Source: Candidatus Omnitrophota bacterium (lineage in GTDB: Bacteria > Omnitrophota > Gorgyraeia > Gygaellales > Profunditerraquicolaceae). From it: 64,000 nt of DNA. The position numbers and the translations under genes are program-made. Shown here piece after piece: positions 47,737 through 62,844 of the stretch (its first letter is position 1; each line of letters opens with the position of its first letter). The notes below the pieces were generated by a model. That model saw nothing but the letters and a program-made list of their open reading frames with translations, searched no databases and was not told the origin of the DNA. The stretch covers positions 554,041-618,040 of the forward strand of contig JAKLGJ010000001.1 of the NCBI GenBank assembly GCA_022710715.1, in the 5' to 3' direction.

Positions 47737-48939
47737 TTAAGCGATAATTTCTGTTACTACTCCTGCGCCTACCGTATGGCCGCCCTCGCGAATGGCAAAA
47801 CGGGATTCTTTTTCCATGGCGATAGGAGTGATCAATTCAATTTCCAGGGTGACGTTGTCGCCGGGCATAACCATTTCAACGCCCGTCGGCAGAGTCGCCG
47901 CACCTGTGACGTCCGTCGTTCTGAAATAGAACTGCGGCCGGTACCCTTTGAAGAACGGAGTGTGACGTCCGCCTTCCTCCTTGGTCAGGATGTACACCTG
48001 CGCCTTGAATTTGGTATGGGGAGTGATCGACTTGGGCGCAGCGATAACCATACCTCTTTCGATATCGTCCTTGTTGATACCTCTCAAGAGCAAGCCGACG
48101 TTATCTCCGGCCTGTCCTTCGTCAAGGAGCTTTCTGAACATTTCGATGCCGGTTACGACGGTTTTGGTCGGTTCCGGTTTCAAACCCACGATTTCGACTT
48201 CGTCGTTGAGCTTGACTTTACCGCGCTCGATCCTGCCGGTGCCTACGGTACCGCGGCCTTCAATCGAGAAAACGTCTTCGACTGCCATGAGCAGCGGCTT
48301 ATCCATTTCTCTTGTAGGCATCGGGATGAAATCGTCGCAGGCCTTGACCAGTTCGAGTATGCATTTCGCGTCGGGGCCGTTGGGATCGGGATTCTGCATG
48401 GCTTTGAGCGAGCTTCCTTTGACGATCGGAGTCTTGTCTCCGGGATAGCCGTATTTGGTCAGGAGATCCCTGATCTCCATCTCGACGAGTTCCAGGAGCT
48501 CTTTATCGGTCACCAGGTCGACTTTGTTCAAGAATACGACCATGGACGGAACGTTGACCTGACGCGCCAGGAGGATGTGCTCGCGGGTTTGCGGCATGGG
48601 ACCGTCGGCAGCCGAGACGACCAGGATCGCGCCGTCCATCTGGGCGGCACCGGTGATCATGTTCTTGATGTAATCGGCGTGGCCGGGGCAGTCGATGTGA
48701 GCGTAATGACGGGAGTCGCTTTCATACTCAACGTGCGATACCGAGATGGTAACGATCTTTGAATCGTCTCTGACGGTTCCGCCTTTGGCGATATCGGCAT
48801 ACTCTCTGACGGTAGCTCTACCCAGTTTACTCAATACTGTCGTAATAGCTGCAGTCAAAGTGGTCTTACCGTGATCGATGTGGCCGATAGTTCCGATGTT
48901 GACGTGCGGTTTTGAGCGTACAAACTTTTCCTTAGCCAT
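47737..48939 (-). CDS. tuf: elongation factor Tu
   Basis: 400 aa, [27 protein letters not shown]. Confidence 0.97.
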   Translation of the reverse strand: MAKEKFVRSKPHVNIGTIGHIDHGKTTLTAAITTVLSKLGRATVREYADIAKGGTVRDDSKIVTISVSHVEYESDSRHYAHIDCPGHADYIKNMITGAAQMDGAILVVSAADGPMPQTREHILLARQVNVPSMVVFLNKVDLVTDKELLELVEMEIRDLLTKYGYPGDKTPIVKGSSLKAMQNPDPNGPDAKCILELVKACDDFIPMPTREMDKPLLMAVEDVFSIEGRGTVGTGRIERGKVKLNDEVEIVGLKPEPTKTVVTGIEMFRKLLDEGQAGDNVGLLLRGINKDDIERGMVIAAPKSITPHTKFKAQVYILTKEEGGRHTPFFKGYRPQFYFRTTDVTGAATLPTGVEMVMPGDNVTLEIELITPIAMEKESRFAIREGGHTVGAGVVTEIIA

Positions 48940-48963
48940 TACCTCACCTCCTATGAGTTGTGT

Positions 48964-51054
48964 TTAGCTGCGTTTAGCGCTTGGTGTATATCCAGAAGTA
49001 ATTTTCTCTACTATATGTGAAGGCACCTCGGCGTAAAACGAGGGCTCCATTGTATAGGATGCGCGCCCCTGGGTCAGCGAACGCATCACCGTCGCGTAGT
49101 TGAAGATTTCCGCGAGCGGGATGTCGGCCCGGATTGCGCGAACGTTCGCGCGGGGATTGATCGAAACGATTTTTGCCCGGCGGGAACTCAAATCCCCGAT
49201 TACCGCTCCCATGAATTCCTCCGGGGTGGTCACTTCCATATCCATGATCGGCTCGAGCAGGATGGATTTCGCTTTGCGCAACGCATCGCTCAATCCCAGC
49301 CCGGCCGCCATTTTAAAGGCCATTTCCGACGAATCCACGTCATGGTACGAGCCGTCGACCAGAGTGACTTTGATATCGGTGACCGGATAACCCGCCAGCA
49401 CGCCGCTCTTTGCGCCCTCGAAAACACCCTGCTTGACCGCCGGAATGTATTCCTGCGGGATGGCGCCGCCTTTAATCTTGTTTTCAAAAGTGATGCCGGT
49501 ACCGGGAGTCTCCTGCGGTTCGACTTCGAAAACAACGTGGCCGTACTGCCCGCGTCCGCCGGACTGCTGGATGAATTTACCGGAGACATTGACTTTCCTG
49601 GTGATGGTCTCTCGATAGGCGACTTCCGGAAAACCCACCTGGCACTCGACGTTGAATTCGCGCTGGATCCTGTCCACGATGATCTCAAGATGCAGCTGTC
49701 CCATGCCGGACATGATCGTCTGCCCGGTCTCGTGGTTATAGGTGACCCTGAACGAAGGATCTTCATCGAGCATCTTGTGCAATGCCAGCCCCAGTTTTTC
49801 CTGGTCGTTCTTGACCTTCGGCTCTACCGCCTGCTGGATAACCGGTTCGGGGAAGCGCATCGCTTCGATCAGGATGTGATTGCCTTCGTCGCAGATGGTA
49901 TCGCCGGTTTTTGTTTCTTTCAATCCCACCGCAGCCACGATATCGCCGGTAAAAGCCTGTTCGATGATCTCCTGGTGGTTGGCGTGCATCCGCACCAGTT
50001 TGGTTATGCGTTCCCGGGTGCGTTTCGTAGCGTTGTAAATGTATTTTCCGGAAGAGATCGATCCGGAATAAAGACGGATATAATTAATTTTACCTACGAA
50101 CGGGTCGGTGGCGACTTTAAAGCACAGAGCGCAGAACGGCGCTTTTTCAGACGGATTGATCTCTTCGAACTCCGCTGATTCCGGATTGGTGCCTTTGACC
50201 GGAGGCAGATCCAGCGGGGACGGCAGATAATCCACGACCGCGTTGAGCAAAAGCTGTATGCCTTTGTTCCGGAACGCCGATCCGCAGAATACGGGAGTGA
50301 ATTTATTGGCGATCACCGACCTGCGGATGCCCGCTTTGAGCTCCTGCGCGGTTACGGGCTTGCCGTCGATAAATTTCTCCATGATGACGTCGTCGGCTTC
50401 CGCGACCCGCTCCACCAGGATGTTGTAGTATTCTTCGACTTTTTGTTTCATATCTTCGGGGATCTCGACGAGCTCGATATCTTTTCCCATATCGTCTTTA
50501 AAGGAAGACATCTTTTTTTCGATCAGGTCGATGATACCCTTGAAATTCTCTTCTTCCCCGTACGGTAACTGCACTGCGGCGGCATTTGCGCCCAGCTTTT
50601 CGTGTATCTGCTTTATCGCTTCATAAAAGTTAGCCGCGGTGCGGTCCATCTTGTTCACGAAAGCCAGTCGCGGCACTCCGTAGCGGTCGGCCTGGCGCCA
50701 GACGGTTTCGGACTGGGGTTCGACCCCGCCGACCCCGCAAAAGACCACCACGGCTCCGTCGAGAACCTTCAGCGAGCGTTCGACTTCGACCGTAAAATCC
50801 ACGTGGCCGGGAGTATCGATCAGGTTGAAGGTGCAATCCTTCCAGTGACAGGTTGTCGCGGCGGCGGTGATCGTGATGCCGCGTTCCTGCTCCTGGACCA
50901 TCCAGTCCATGGTCGCGGCGCCGTCATGCACTTCGCCGATCTTATAGTTTTTCCCGGTGTAGAACAGGATGCGCTCCGACGTGGTAGTTTTACCGGCGTC
51001 GATGTGCGCGATGATCCCGATGTTCCGTAGTTTTTCAAGTTCGATTTTTTTCAT
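48964..51054 (-). CDS. fusA: elongation factor G
   Basis: 696 aa, [15 protein letters not shown]... Confidence 0.97.
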   Translation of the reverse strand: MKKIELEKLRNIGIIAHIDAGKTTTSERILFYTGKNYKIGEVHDGAATMDWMVQEQERGITITAAATTCHWKDCTFNLIDTPGHVDFTVEVERSLKVLDGAVVVFCGVGGVEPQSETVWRQADRYGVPRLAFVNKMDRTAANFYEAIKQIHEKLGANAAAVQLPYGEEENFKGIIDLIEKKMSSFKDDMGKDIELVEIPEDMKQKVEEYYNILVERVAEADDVIMEKFIDGKPVTAQELKAGIRRSVIANKFTPVFCGSAFRNKGIQLLLNAVVDYLPSPLDLPPVKGTNPESAEFEEINPSEKAPFCALCFKVATDPFVGKINYIRLYSGSISSGKYIYNATKRTRERITKLVRMHANHQEIIEQAFTGDIVAAVGLKETKTGDTICDEGNHILIEAMRFPEPVIQQAVEPKVKNDQEKLGLALHKMLDEDPSFRVTYNHETGQTIMSGMGQLHLEIIVDRIQREFNVECQVGFPEVAYRETITRKVNVSGKFIQQSGGRGQYGHVVFEVEPQETPGTGITFENKIKGGAIPQEYIPAVKQGVFEGAKSGVLAGYPVTDIKVTLVDGSYHDVDSSEMAFKMAAGLGLSDALRKAKSILLEPIMDMEVTTPEEFMGAVIGDLSSRRAKIVSINPRANVRAIRADIPLAEIFNYATVMRSLTQGRASYTMEPSFYAEVPSHIVEKITSGYTPSAKRS

Positions 51055-51081
51055 GGTTCCTTATACGCTAGCGCCGGCTGT

Positions 51082-51552
51082 TTACCAGCGGAAATGAGCA
51101 AATGCCTTGTTTGATTCCGCCATCTTGTGCGTGTCGTCGCGCTTCTTGATCGCCGAACCTTCGCCTTTATACGCCGCGATCATCTCATCGGCCAGCTTGT
51201 CGACCATGGATTTGCCTTTTTTGGCGTTGGCGAAATCCCTGATCCAGCGCAAAGCGATCGAAACTCCGCGCTCCTGCTTCACTTCGATCGGCACCTGATA
51301 TGTGGCGCCGCCGACCCTGCGCGGTTTGACTTCCAGACGGGGACGGACATTATCGATGGCCTTGTGAAAGATCTTGAGCACGTCGGGTTCGTTGAGCTGG
51401 GTCTTGACCTTCTCGAACGCGTCATACAGGATCTTTTCGGCGACGGCTTTCTTGCCTTCCTTCATGATCATATTCACGAATTTGCCGACAATCTTACTGT
51501 TGAACTTCGGATCCGGAACAGCTTCTTTTCTTATAACATGTCTTCTTCTCAT
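51082..51552 (-). CDS. rpsG: 30S ribosomal protein uS7
   Basis: 156 aa. Confidence 0.95.
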   Translation of the reverse strand: MRRRHVIRKEAVPDPKFNSKIVGKFVNMIMKEGKKAVAEKILYDAFEKVKTQLNEPDVLKIFHKAIDNVRPRLEVKPRRVGGATYQVPIEVKQERGVSIALRWIRDFANAKKGKSMVDKLADEMIAAYKGEGSAIKKRDDTHKMAESNKAFAHFRW

Positions 51553-51581
51553 GGAATCCCCTATGCCTATTTAAGCTTGGA

Positions 51582-51977
51582 TTACTTCTTAGCCGGAGCC
51601 GCGCCTTCCTTCGGCCTCTTTGCTCCGTATTTTGAACGCGATCTGCGGCGTGCGTTGACGCCCGCGGAATCCAGCGTTCCCCTGACAATATGATATCGCA
51701 CACCCGGCAAATCCTTCACGCGGCCTCCTCTGACCAGCACGATGGAGTGCTCCTGCAGATTATGGCCTTCGCCCGGGATATACGCGGTAACTTCGATTCC
51801 GGTAGTCAGACGGACCCTGGCGATCTTACGCAACGCCGAGTTGGGTTTCTTGGGGGTCATCGTCCTGACTTGAAGGCACACGCCCCTGCGCTGCGGGCAG
51901 GCTTTCAAGGCCGGGGATTTGGTGTTCTTCTTTTTCGCGAATCTTCCCAGTCGGATCAGTTGAGTGATTGTCGGCAT
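51582..51977 (-). CDS. rpsL: 30S ribosomal protein uS12
   Basis: Start moved to [12 protein letters not shown] (ATG confirmed at 51977). The track ORF has a 22-codon upstream extension overlapping rpoC. ...[10 protein letters not shown]... core conserved. Confidence 0.9.
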   Translation of the reverse strand: MPTITQLIRLGRFAKKKNTKSPALKACPQRRGVCLQVRTMTPKKPNSALRKIARVRLTTGIEVTAYIPGEGHNLQEHSIVLVRGGRVKDLPGVRYHIVRGTLDSAGVNARRRSRSKYGAKRPKEGAAPAKK

Positions 51978-51981
51978 ACGT

Positions 51982-56033
<4,052 letters not shown>

Positions 56034-56034
<1 letters not shown>

Positions 56035-59000
56035 TATTTTACCTTCTCCATACGGATATCCAGCCCTAATCCCTGCAACTCTTTCACCAGAACGTTAAAG
56101 GATTCGGGGGTTCCGTGAGTTAATCTCTGTTCGCCCTTGACGATCGCTTCATAGATGCGGGTTCTACCGGAGACATCATCGCTCTTTACGGTCAGCATTT
56201 CCTGCAGCGTAAAAGCGGCACCGTACGCTTCCAGAGCCCAGACTTCCATTTCTCCCAGGCGCTGGCCGCCGAACTGCGCTTTGCCGCCCAGCGGCTGTTG
56301 CGTAACCAGCGAATACGGTCCGATAGAACGGGCGTGAATTTTTTCGTCCGCCAGATGGATCAGCTTCATCATATAGATGTAGCCGACGGTTACCTTCTGG
56401 TCGAACTGAAGACCGGTGTGGCCGTCGGTAAGAGTGATCTTGCCGTCCTCGGGTAAACCGGCGGTCTTGAGCATGGCTTTGATCTCGCTTTCCTGCGCGC
56501 CATCGAATACCGGAGTCATCACGTGCAGCCCGAGCGATTTTGCCGCCCAGCCGAGCGTGGTTTCGAGAATCTGTCCGATGTTCATACGCGAAGGAACGCC
56601 CAGCGGGTTGAGCACGATGTCCACGGGAGTGCCGTCCGGCAAATAAGGCATATCTTCTTCAGGAAGGATACGCGCCACAACGCCTTTGTTACCGTGCCGT
56701 CCGGAAAGTTTGTCTCCGACCGAGAGCTTACGCTTGGTGGCGATGTAGATCACCACGCGCTTGAGAACTCCGGGAGGAAGTTCGTCTCCCCGCTTGACCT
56801 TTTCGATCTCCTGTATTTCCTCGTTGAGTAATTCCTGAATCTGTTCGTCGAAGGAAGCGGCGAGCATTTTGGCTTCTTCATTGGTTGAAAGATTGACCCG
56901 CTCCACCCTGGATTTATCCACGCCCAGCAGATCGCTCAAACGGCTGATCTTCTCGGTCTGGACAAATTCGACTTCCTGTTTGTAATACGCTTTGAGTTCC
57001 TTGATCTTGGCGAGTTCGCGCGACTTTTCTTCCTTGGATTTGCGGCCGCGCTCTTTACGCTGGAAAAGATGAACGTCCACGATATATCCTTCGACTCCCG
57101 GCGGTACGCGCAAGCTTGTATCGCGCACGTCCGAAGCTTTTTCTCCGAAGATCGCGCGCAGGAGGCGCTCTTCCGGGGACAGTTCGGATTCGGTTTTCGG
57201 AGTTACCTTGCCGACCAGAATATCGTTCGGTCCGACTTCTGCGCCGATGCGGACGATGCCGTTGGTGTCGAGATTGCGCAGGGTCTCTTCGGAAACATTC
57301 GGGATATCCCGGGTGATTTCCTCGTTACCCAGACGGGTTTCGATGGCTTCTATCTCGAATTCCTTTACATGCACGGAGGTGAAAATGTCTTCGCGCACCA
57401 GTTTTTCATTGATCAGGATGGCGTCCTCGAAGTTGTAACCTCTCCAGGGCATGAATGCGACCATCAGATTTTTGCCCAGGGCCAGCTCTCCCTGCTTGGT
57501 GCACATGCCGTCGGCGATGACCTGGCCTTTTTCAACGTGCTCGCCCAGCTTGACGATGGGGCGCTGGTTCAGACAGGTATCGGCGTTGGTACGGATGAAT
57601 TTCTTGAGTTCGTAGGTGCGTTTGCCCACGGTAATGCTCGCAGAATCGACGGCATTCACTTTGCCGGACTCTTCCGCGACCACGACCGCACCGGAGTCAT
57701 AAGCGACTTTACCTTCCATGCCGGTCCCGACTATCGGAGCCTCGGTGATCATCAGCGGCACGCCCTGGCGCTGCATGTTGGAACCCATCAGCGCGCGGTT
57801 GGCGTCGTCATGCTCCAGAAACGGGATCATGGAAGCCGCGACCGAAACGAGCTGGCGCGGGGAAACGTCCATGAATTCCACCTGTTTCGGCGGAACTTTG
57901 GGGAAATCGTCCTTGTAGCGGCACATGACGTCTTTTTCCGCGAAGGTTCCGTCGGATTCCAGCAGGACGTTCGCCTGCGCAATGGTTTTTCCCTCATCCT
58001 TGTCCGCGGTCAAATACTCGATCTTCTTGGTCACTTTGCCGTCTTCGGCTTTACGGTAGGGAGTCTCGATGAACCCGAGATTGTTCACCCTGGCGTAGGT
58101 GCTCAATGAAGCGATCAAACCGATGTTCGGACCTTCCGGCGTTTCAATGGGACAGATCCTGCCGTAATGCGATGAATGGATATCGCGCACTTCGAAGCCG
58201 GCGCGTTCGCGCGAAAGTCCGCCGGGCCCGACAGCGCTTAAACGCCGTTTATGGGTCATCTCTGCCAGAGGATTGACCTGATCCATAAACTGGGAAAGCT
58301 GGCTGCGGGCAAAGAAATCATGGATCTGCGTGGAAAAAAGCTTGGAGTTGATCAGCGAATGAATATTGAGGTTCTCCAGATCGCCCAGAATGCTCAAGCG
58401 TTCCCGGATGGACCGTTCAACGCGGCTGATACCGATGCGGATCTGATTCTGGACGAGTTCGCCGACCGTCTTGATGCGGCGGTTGCCGAGATGGTCGATA
58501 TCGTCGATCTTTCCCGCGCCGTCTTTGAGCCGGATAAGGTATTCGATGACCCGGATAACCGTTTCCGAATCAAGGATGCGCTTCTCGATAGAAACATCCA
58601 TATCGAGTTTGCGGTTCAGGATAAATCTGCCGGCGCGTTCCAGGTCGTAGCGGGTGGGATCGAAGAAAAGACGGAAGAACAGCGTTTCCGCCCCCTCTTT
58701 GGTAACCGGTTCAGAGGGGCGCATCTTGCGGTAGAAATCCAGGTACGCGTCTTCCTTGCTTTTAGTGTTGTCTTTTTTAAGGGTATTGCGAATCTCGGGG
58801 AAATCTTTGGAAAATGCTTTGATGATATCGTCATCGGAGGAAAAGCCCATGATGCGCAGGATCTGGGTCGCGGGAAAATTCTTGCGCCGGTCCACGTATG
58901 CCAGGATATTCTCGGTCAGGTCGTATTTGAACTCCAGCCATGCGCCGCGGTACGGGATAATCCTGCCGTAGAAAATCTTCTTGCCGGTGGGATGCGCTTC

Positions 59001-59438
59001 CTCTTCGAACGAAACGCCGGGAGACCGGTGCAACTGGCTGACCACTACCCGTTCGTCGCCGTTAATGATGAAACTGCCGGTTTCCGTCATCAGCGGGATC
59101 TCGCCGAAGTACGCATCCTGTTCTTTGATATCGTGCGGCGTGGTGAGCCTGAACTTGACTTTAAGAGGAGAGGCGTAGCTCAACGACCGCTTTTTCGATT
59201 CCGCGATATCATACTTGGGTTTGCCCAGGGCGTAGCTGACGAAATCAAGCCGCACCGACCGATCGGGGCTTTCAATCGGGAATATCTCGGAAAACACTTC
59301 CTGCAATCCCTGATTTTTACGCTCATCGGCCGGGACGTCGATCTGCAGGAATTCCTTGTAGGAAGCCGTCTGCAGTTCGAGCAAATCGGGCATATCGTAA
59401 ACGTCTTTGAATTTGGCGAAACTTTTTCTTTTTATCAT
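56034..59438 (-). CDS. rpoB: DNA-directed RNA polymerase subunit beta
   Basis: Start moved to [23 protein letters not shown] (ATG confirmed at 59438). 1134 aa. Confidence 0.95.
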
Positions 59439-59520
59439 GACGCGCTCAATTCCGATTGTACGCGAAGAACACATGGCGGGACGCCTGATGAACTTCGTGT
59501 AAGATCAGATCCTCTGCCAA

Positions 59521-59913
59521 CTATTTAAGCTCGACCTTTGCACCCGCAGCTTCGAGCTTCTTCTTCATATCTTCAGCTTCTTCCTTGGGAACTCCGTCTT
59601 TGATCGGCTTGGGAGCAGCATCAACGAGGTCTTTCGCTTCTTTCAGCCCGAGGCTGGTCATGGTTCTGACTTCTTTGATCACGGCGATCTTGTTGGCGCC
59701 GGCGCTTGCCAGGACCACGCTAAACGTTGTTTTCTCTTCGGCGGCGGGAGCTGCTGCCGCGGCACCTGCTCCACCAGCTGCAGGCATCGCCATCATCGGC
59801 ATCGCGCCGCTGACTCCGAATTTGTCTTCCAGTGCTTTGACCAGCTCTGCCAGTTCAAGCACCGACATCTCTTCGATCGATTTGATCATTGTTTCCAGTT
59901 TTTCACTAGCCAT
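59521..59913 (-). CDS. rplL: 50S ribosomal protein bL12 (L7/L12)
   Basis: 130 aa with Ala-rich hinge. Confidence 0.95.
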   Translation of the reverse strand: MASEKLETMIKSIEEMSVLELAELVKALEDKFGVSGAMPMMAMPAAGGAGAAAAAPAAEEKTTFSVVLASAGANKIAVIKEVRTMTSLGLKEAKDLVDAAPKPIKDGVPKEEAEDMKKKLEAAGAKVELK

Positions 59914-59933
59914 CTTCCTCTCCTCCTCTTTTT

Positions 59934-60461
59934 CTAATTAGCTTTTTTGGTTTTGATTTGTTCAAGACAGCAGACAAGCGCCCGCATATTTCCCTTTAAC
60001 GTCATCACCAGGCGGGTAATCGGTGATTTTAAGGTGAAAACGACCTGGGCGCGCAGAACGTCTTTCGTGGGCAGTTTCGATAATGCCTCGAGTTCCTTGG
60101 TGGTAACCATGCGTTCCTGCAGGAAACCGCCTTCGATCTTCAGCTTTTCGTTATCTTTCAGGAAAGTGAAGAGCGCTTTTGAAGCGCCGACCGGATCGTC
60201 CTTGTAAAAAATTATCCCTGCGGGGCCGTCGATAAGTTTAAGCACGTCTTCGCCGACTTTGTCCTTGAGCGCTTTCCTGGCTACGGTATTCTTGACCACG
60301 AAGAGTTCGGCGTTGGCGCCGCGCAGAGCGATACGCAGCGTACTCATTGCAGGGCTGGAGAGTCCGCTGTACTTGATGATAAAGAAGCTGTTGTTGCCCG
60401 CAATGCCCTGATGAATGCGGGTGGTCGACGTTTCCTTTACTAGAACGCTGATCTTTTTCAT
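59934..60461 (-). CDS. rplJ: 50S ribosomal protein uL10
   Basis: 175 aa. Confidence 0.9.
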   Translation of the reverse strand: MKKISVLVKETSTTRIHQGIAGNNSFFIIKYSGLSSPAMSTLRIALRGANAELFVVKNTVARKALKDKVGEDVLKLIDGPAGIIFYKDDPVGASKALFTFLKDNEKLKIEGGFLQERMVTTKELEALSKLPTKDVLRAQVVFTLKSPITRLVMTLKGNMRALVCCLEQIKTKKAN

Positions 60462-60463
60462 AA

Positions 60464-61144
60464 TTATATCTCGACTTTCAGGCCCGGATTCATTGAGGAA
60501 GACACGAAGAGGCTTTCCACGAACTTCCCTTTGACGGTTGCGGGTCTGGCTTCGGTAATCGCATGGATGACCGATGAGGCGTTTTCATAGAGCGCGTCTT
60601 CGCTGAACGACGTCTTGCCCACCGCCAGGTGCATGCCGCCCTGTTTGTCCACGCGGAATTCGACCTTTCCCTTTTTGACATCCTCAATGGCCTTGGCGAT
60701 ATCGTTGGTAACGGTTCCGGTTTTAGGGCTCGGCATCAAACCGCGCGGCCCAAGGACTTTTCCCAGCTTGCTCAAATCTTTCATCATTTCCGGCGTGGCG
60801 ATAACGCAATCGAAATCCAGGAATCCGCCGGCGACTTTATCGATCAATTCATTCGCTCCGACCAGCTCGGCCCCGGACGCCTTGGCGATTTTTTCATGCT
60901 CGCCGCGGCAGAACACGGCAACCCGGATCTTCTTGCCGGTCCCGTGCGGAAGCACGACGGTCCCGCGGACCATCTGCTCGGATTTCTTGGGATCTACATT
61001 CAGTTTGAAATGCAGATCGAACGAAGCGTCAAATTTCGGCTGCTGTAAACCTTTCAAAACCGAAACCGCCTCTTTAAGCGTGTATACTTTTTCCTTATCG
61101 ACGTTCTTTTCCGATGCACTATAGCGCTTGCTTCTGTTTTTCAT
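60464..61144 (-). CDS. rplA: 50S ribosomal protein uL1
   Basis: 226 aa. Confidence 0.95.
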   Translation of the reverse strand: MKNRSKRYSASEKNVDKEKVYTLKEAVSVLKGLQQPKFDASFDLHFKLNVDPKKSEQMVRGTVVLPHGTGKKIRVAVFCRGEHEKIAKASGAELVGANELIDKVAGGFLDFDCVIATPEMMKDLSKLGKVLGPRGLMPSPKTGTVTNDIAKAIEDVKKGKVEFRVDKQGGMHLAVGKTSFSEDALYENASSVIHAITEARPATVKGKFVESLFVSSSMNPGLKVEI

Positions 61145-61149
61145 ATGAT

Positions 61150-61575
61150 TTATCCTTCGACTGCAATGCCCATGCTTTTCGCGGTTCCCACCACTGTTTT
61201 GACTGCCTGGGTCATATCTGCGGTATTTAAATCCTTGGCTTTCTGCTTGGCTATTTCCTCGATCTGTTTCATGGTCACCGTGCCGATGACTTCCTTGCCG
61301 CTTGAGCCCGAGGCTTTGGCCAGATTGGCCGCGCGTTTGAGCAGAACCGAAGTCGGCGGACTTTTAATGATAAAAGAGAACGTTCTGTCCTCATAGACGC
61401 TGATGACGACCGGCAGGATCAGGCCGTCCCTGGTCTTGGTCTGGTCGTTGAATTGTTTGCAGAACATCATGATATTGACGCCGTGCTGGCCGAGCGCGGG
61501 GCCGACGGGCGGCGCCGGATTTGCCTGGCCGGCGGCGACGTGCAGTTTAATCTGTGCGGTAATTTTCTTTGCCAT
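61150..61575 (-). CDS. rplK: 50S ribosomal protein uL11
   Basis: Start moved to [34 protein letters not shown] (codon 9 of the track ORF). Confidence 0.9.
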   Translation of the reverse strand: MAKKITAQIKLHVAAGQANPAPPVGPALGQHGVNIMMFCKQFNDQTKTRDGLILPVVISVYEDRTFSFIIKSPPTSVLLKRAANLAKASGSSGKEVIGTVTMKQIEEIAKQKAKDLNTADMTQAVKTVVGTAKSMGIAVEG

Positions 61576-61577
61576 GG

Positions 61578-62105
61578 TTACACTTTCTCCACTTGCCAAT
61601 ACTCTAATTCGACCGGAGTCGATCGGCCGAATATCGAGATATTAACTTTGATCTTGCCTTTATCCGGATACACGTCATCAATGGTACCGTTAAAATTCAT
61701 GAACGGTCCCTCTTTTACCCGTATGGCTTCGCCCTTTTCGAAAATTATCTTCGGGCTGGGCTTGGCTTTGGTCTCCTCTGTCCTCTTGAGAATGGAATCG
61801 ACTTCGTTCGGAGGCAGCGGGGTCGGTTTCTTGCCGGAGCCGATAAAACCGGTTACGCCGGGAATACCCTTTATGAAAGAATACGCCTGATCGTTCATCT
61901 CCATTTCAACCAGAATATACCCGGGGAAAAAACGCCGTTCGGTAACTCTCTTTTTCCCGGAGCGCACTTCGGAAATCTGTTCGGTAGGAATGACGACTTT
62001 ACTGATATGCTCGGCAAATCCGCTGGCCGAGATCTTGGACTGAAGTATCGTTTTGACCCTGTCTTCAAATCCTGTTTGTGTATGAACGACGTACCAGTTT
62101 TTCAT
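61578..62105 (-). CDS. nusG: transcription termination/antitermination factor NusG
   Basis: 175 aa, [18 protein letters not shown]..., KOW domain at the C-terminus. Confidence 0.95.
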   Translation of the reverse strand: MKNWYVVHTQTGFEDRVKTILQSKISASGFAEHISKVVIPTEQISEVRSGKKRVTERRFFPGYILVEMEMNDQAYSFIKGIPGVTGFIGSGKKPTPLPPNEVDSILKRTEETKAKPSPKIIFEKGEAIRVKEGPFMNFNGTIDDVYPDKGKIKVNISIFGRSTPVELEYWQVEKV

Positions 62106-62109
62106 TGTT

Positions 62110-62292
62110 TTATTTGAAAATGACGCTCAAAACCTTGGAGAGCGCCAGATCCACCACTCCTATATATACGGTCATCAACGCCGTGAACACGAATACGACC
62201 GCTGTCGCCGCCAGCAACTCTTCGCGGGTGGACCAGCTGACTTTACTTAGTTCGACTTTGACTTCGCTTAAGAACGTTACTATCGGTTTCAT
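62110..62292 (-). CDS. secE: preprotein translocase subunit SecE
   Basis: 60 aa, single TM helix, ...KVSWSTREELLAATAVVFVF... Confidence 0.85.
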   Translation of the reverse strand: MKPIVTFLSEVKVELSKVSWSTREELLAATAVVFVFTALMTVYIGVVDLALSKVLSVIFK

Positions 62293-62324
62293 AGGCGCTT
62301 CCCTCTAGGCTTTGCCTGGATTTA

Positions 62325-62397
62325 CAGGGGCGGAGGGACTTGAACCCCCAGGACGGGATTTGGAGTCTCGCCGTTTAGCCAATTAACGGACGCCCCT
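62325..62397 (-). tRNA. tRNA-Trp (anticodon CCA)
   Basis: Reverse complement AGGGGCGUCCGUUAAUUGGCUAAACGGCGAGACUCCAAAUCCCGUCCUGGGGGUUCAAGUCCCUCCGCCCCUG; anticodon loop CUCCAAA. Canonical position upstream of secE. Confidence 0.8.
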
Positions 62398-62404
62398 AAA
62401 AGAG

Positions 62405-62554
62405 TTATTTGATCTCTTTATGTCCCGTGTGTTTGCGGCAAAACTTACAGAACTTATTGATTTCCAGCTTATCCGGATGCAGTTTTTTGTTCTTCATCGT
62501 AGTGTAATTACGATGTTTGCACACCGTGCATTCTAATGTGATCTGTTCTCTCAT
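62405..62554 (-). CDS. rpmG: 50S ribosomal protein bL33 (49 aa; below the ORF-track size cut-off)
   Basis: Reverse complement translates to [49 protein letters not shown]. Confidence 0.85.
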   Translation of the reverse strand: MREQITLECTVCKHRNYTTMKNKKLHPDKLEINKFCKFCRKHTGHKEIK

Positions 62555-62583
62555 GCCCGCCGAACCTCATTAAGTGAAATTTA

Positions 62584-62656
62584 AGCTGGAACAGGGAATT
62601 GAACCCTGGACCCCGTCCTTACCAAGGACGTGCTCTACCAACTGAGCTATTCCAGC
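62584..62656 (-). tRNA. tRNA-Thr (anticodon GGU)
   Basis: Reverse complement GCUGGAAUAGCUCAGUUGGUAGAGCACGUCCUUGGUAAGGACGGGGUCCAGGGUUCAAUUCCCUGUUCCAGCU. Confidence 0.85.
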
Positions 62657-62815
62657 ACGAATCGTTTTCCTGCTGTTTGAATAGGCTAGCTCCTTGCCTT
62701 GCATAAAGGTAAAAAAATCCCTACCAAGAATTTCTACAATTCTTGCTGCTTTTTGTTTAGCGCCTCTGAAGTGATTTTCCGACGATAGGCACCTGCAGAA
62801 TTGGCAGAGGTTATA

Positions 62816-62844
62816 AATATACACTAATTCCGGTATTTTGTCAA
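62816..62844 (-). promoter_or_regulatory. predicted sigma70 promoter of the tRNA-Thr-rpmG-tRNA-Trp-secE-nusG... transcription unit (TTGACA-17-TATATT)
   Basis: Minus strand reads TTGACAaaataccggaattagtgTATATT. It overlaps the stop codon of the upstream gene. Confidence 0.5.

Noticed and set aside
62570-62824. 84-aa minus-strand ORF
   Set aside because: Its C-terminal third (RAGIAQLVEHVLGKDGVQGSIPCSSL) is a translation of tRNA-Thr. It overlaps the tRNA and the promoter region.
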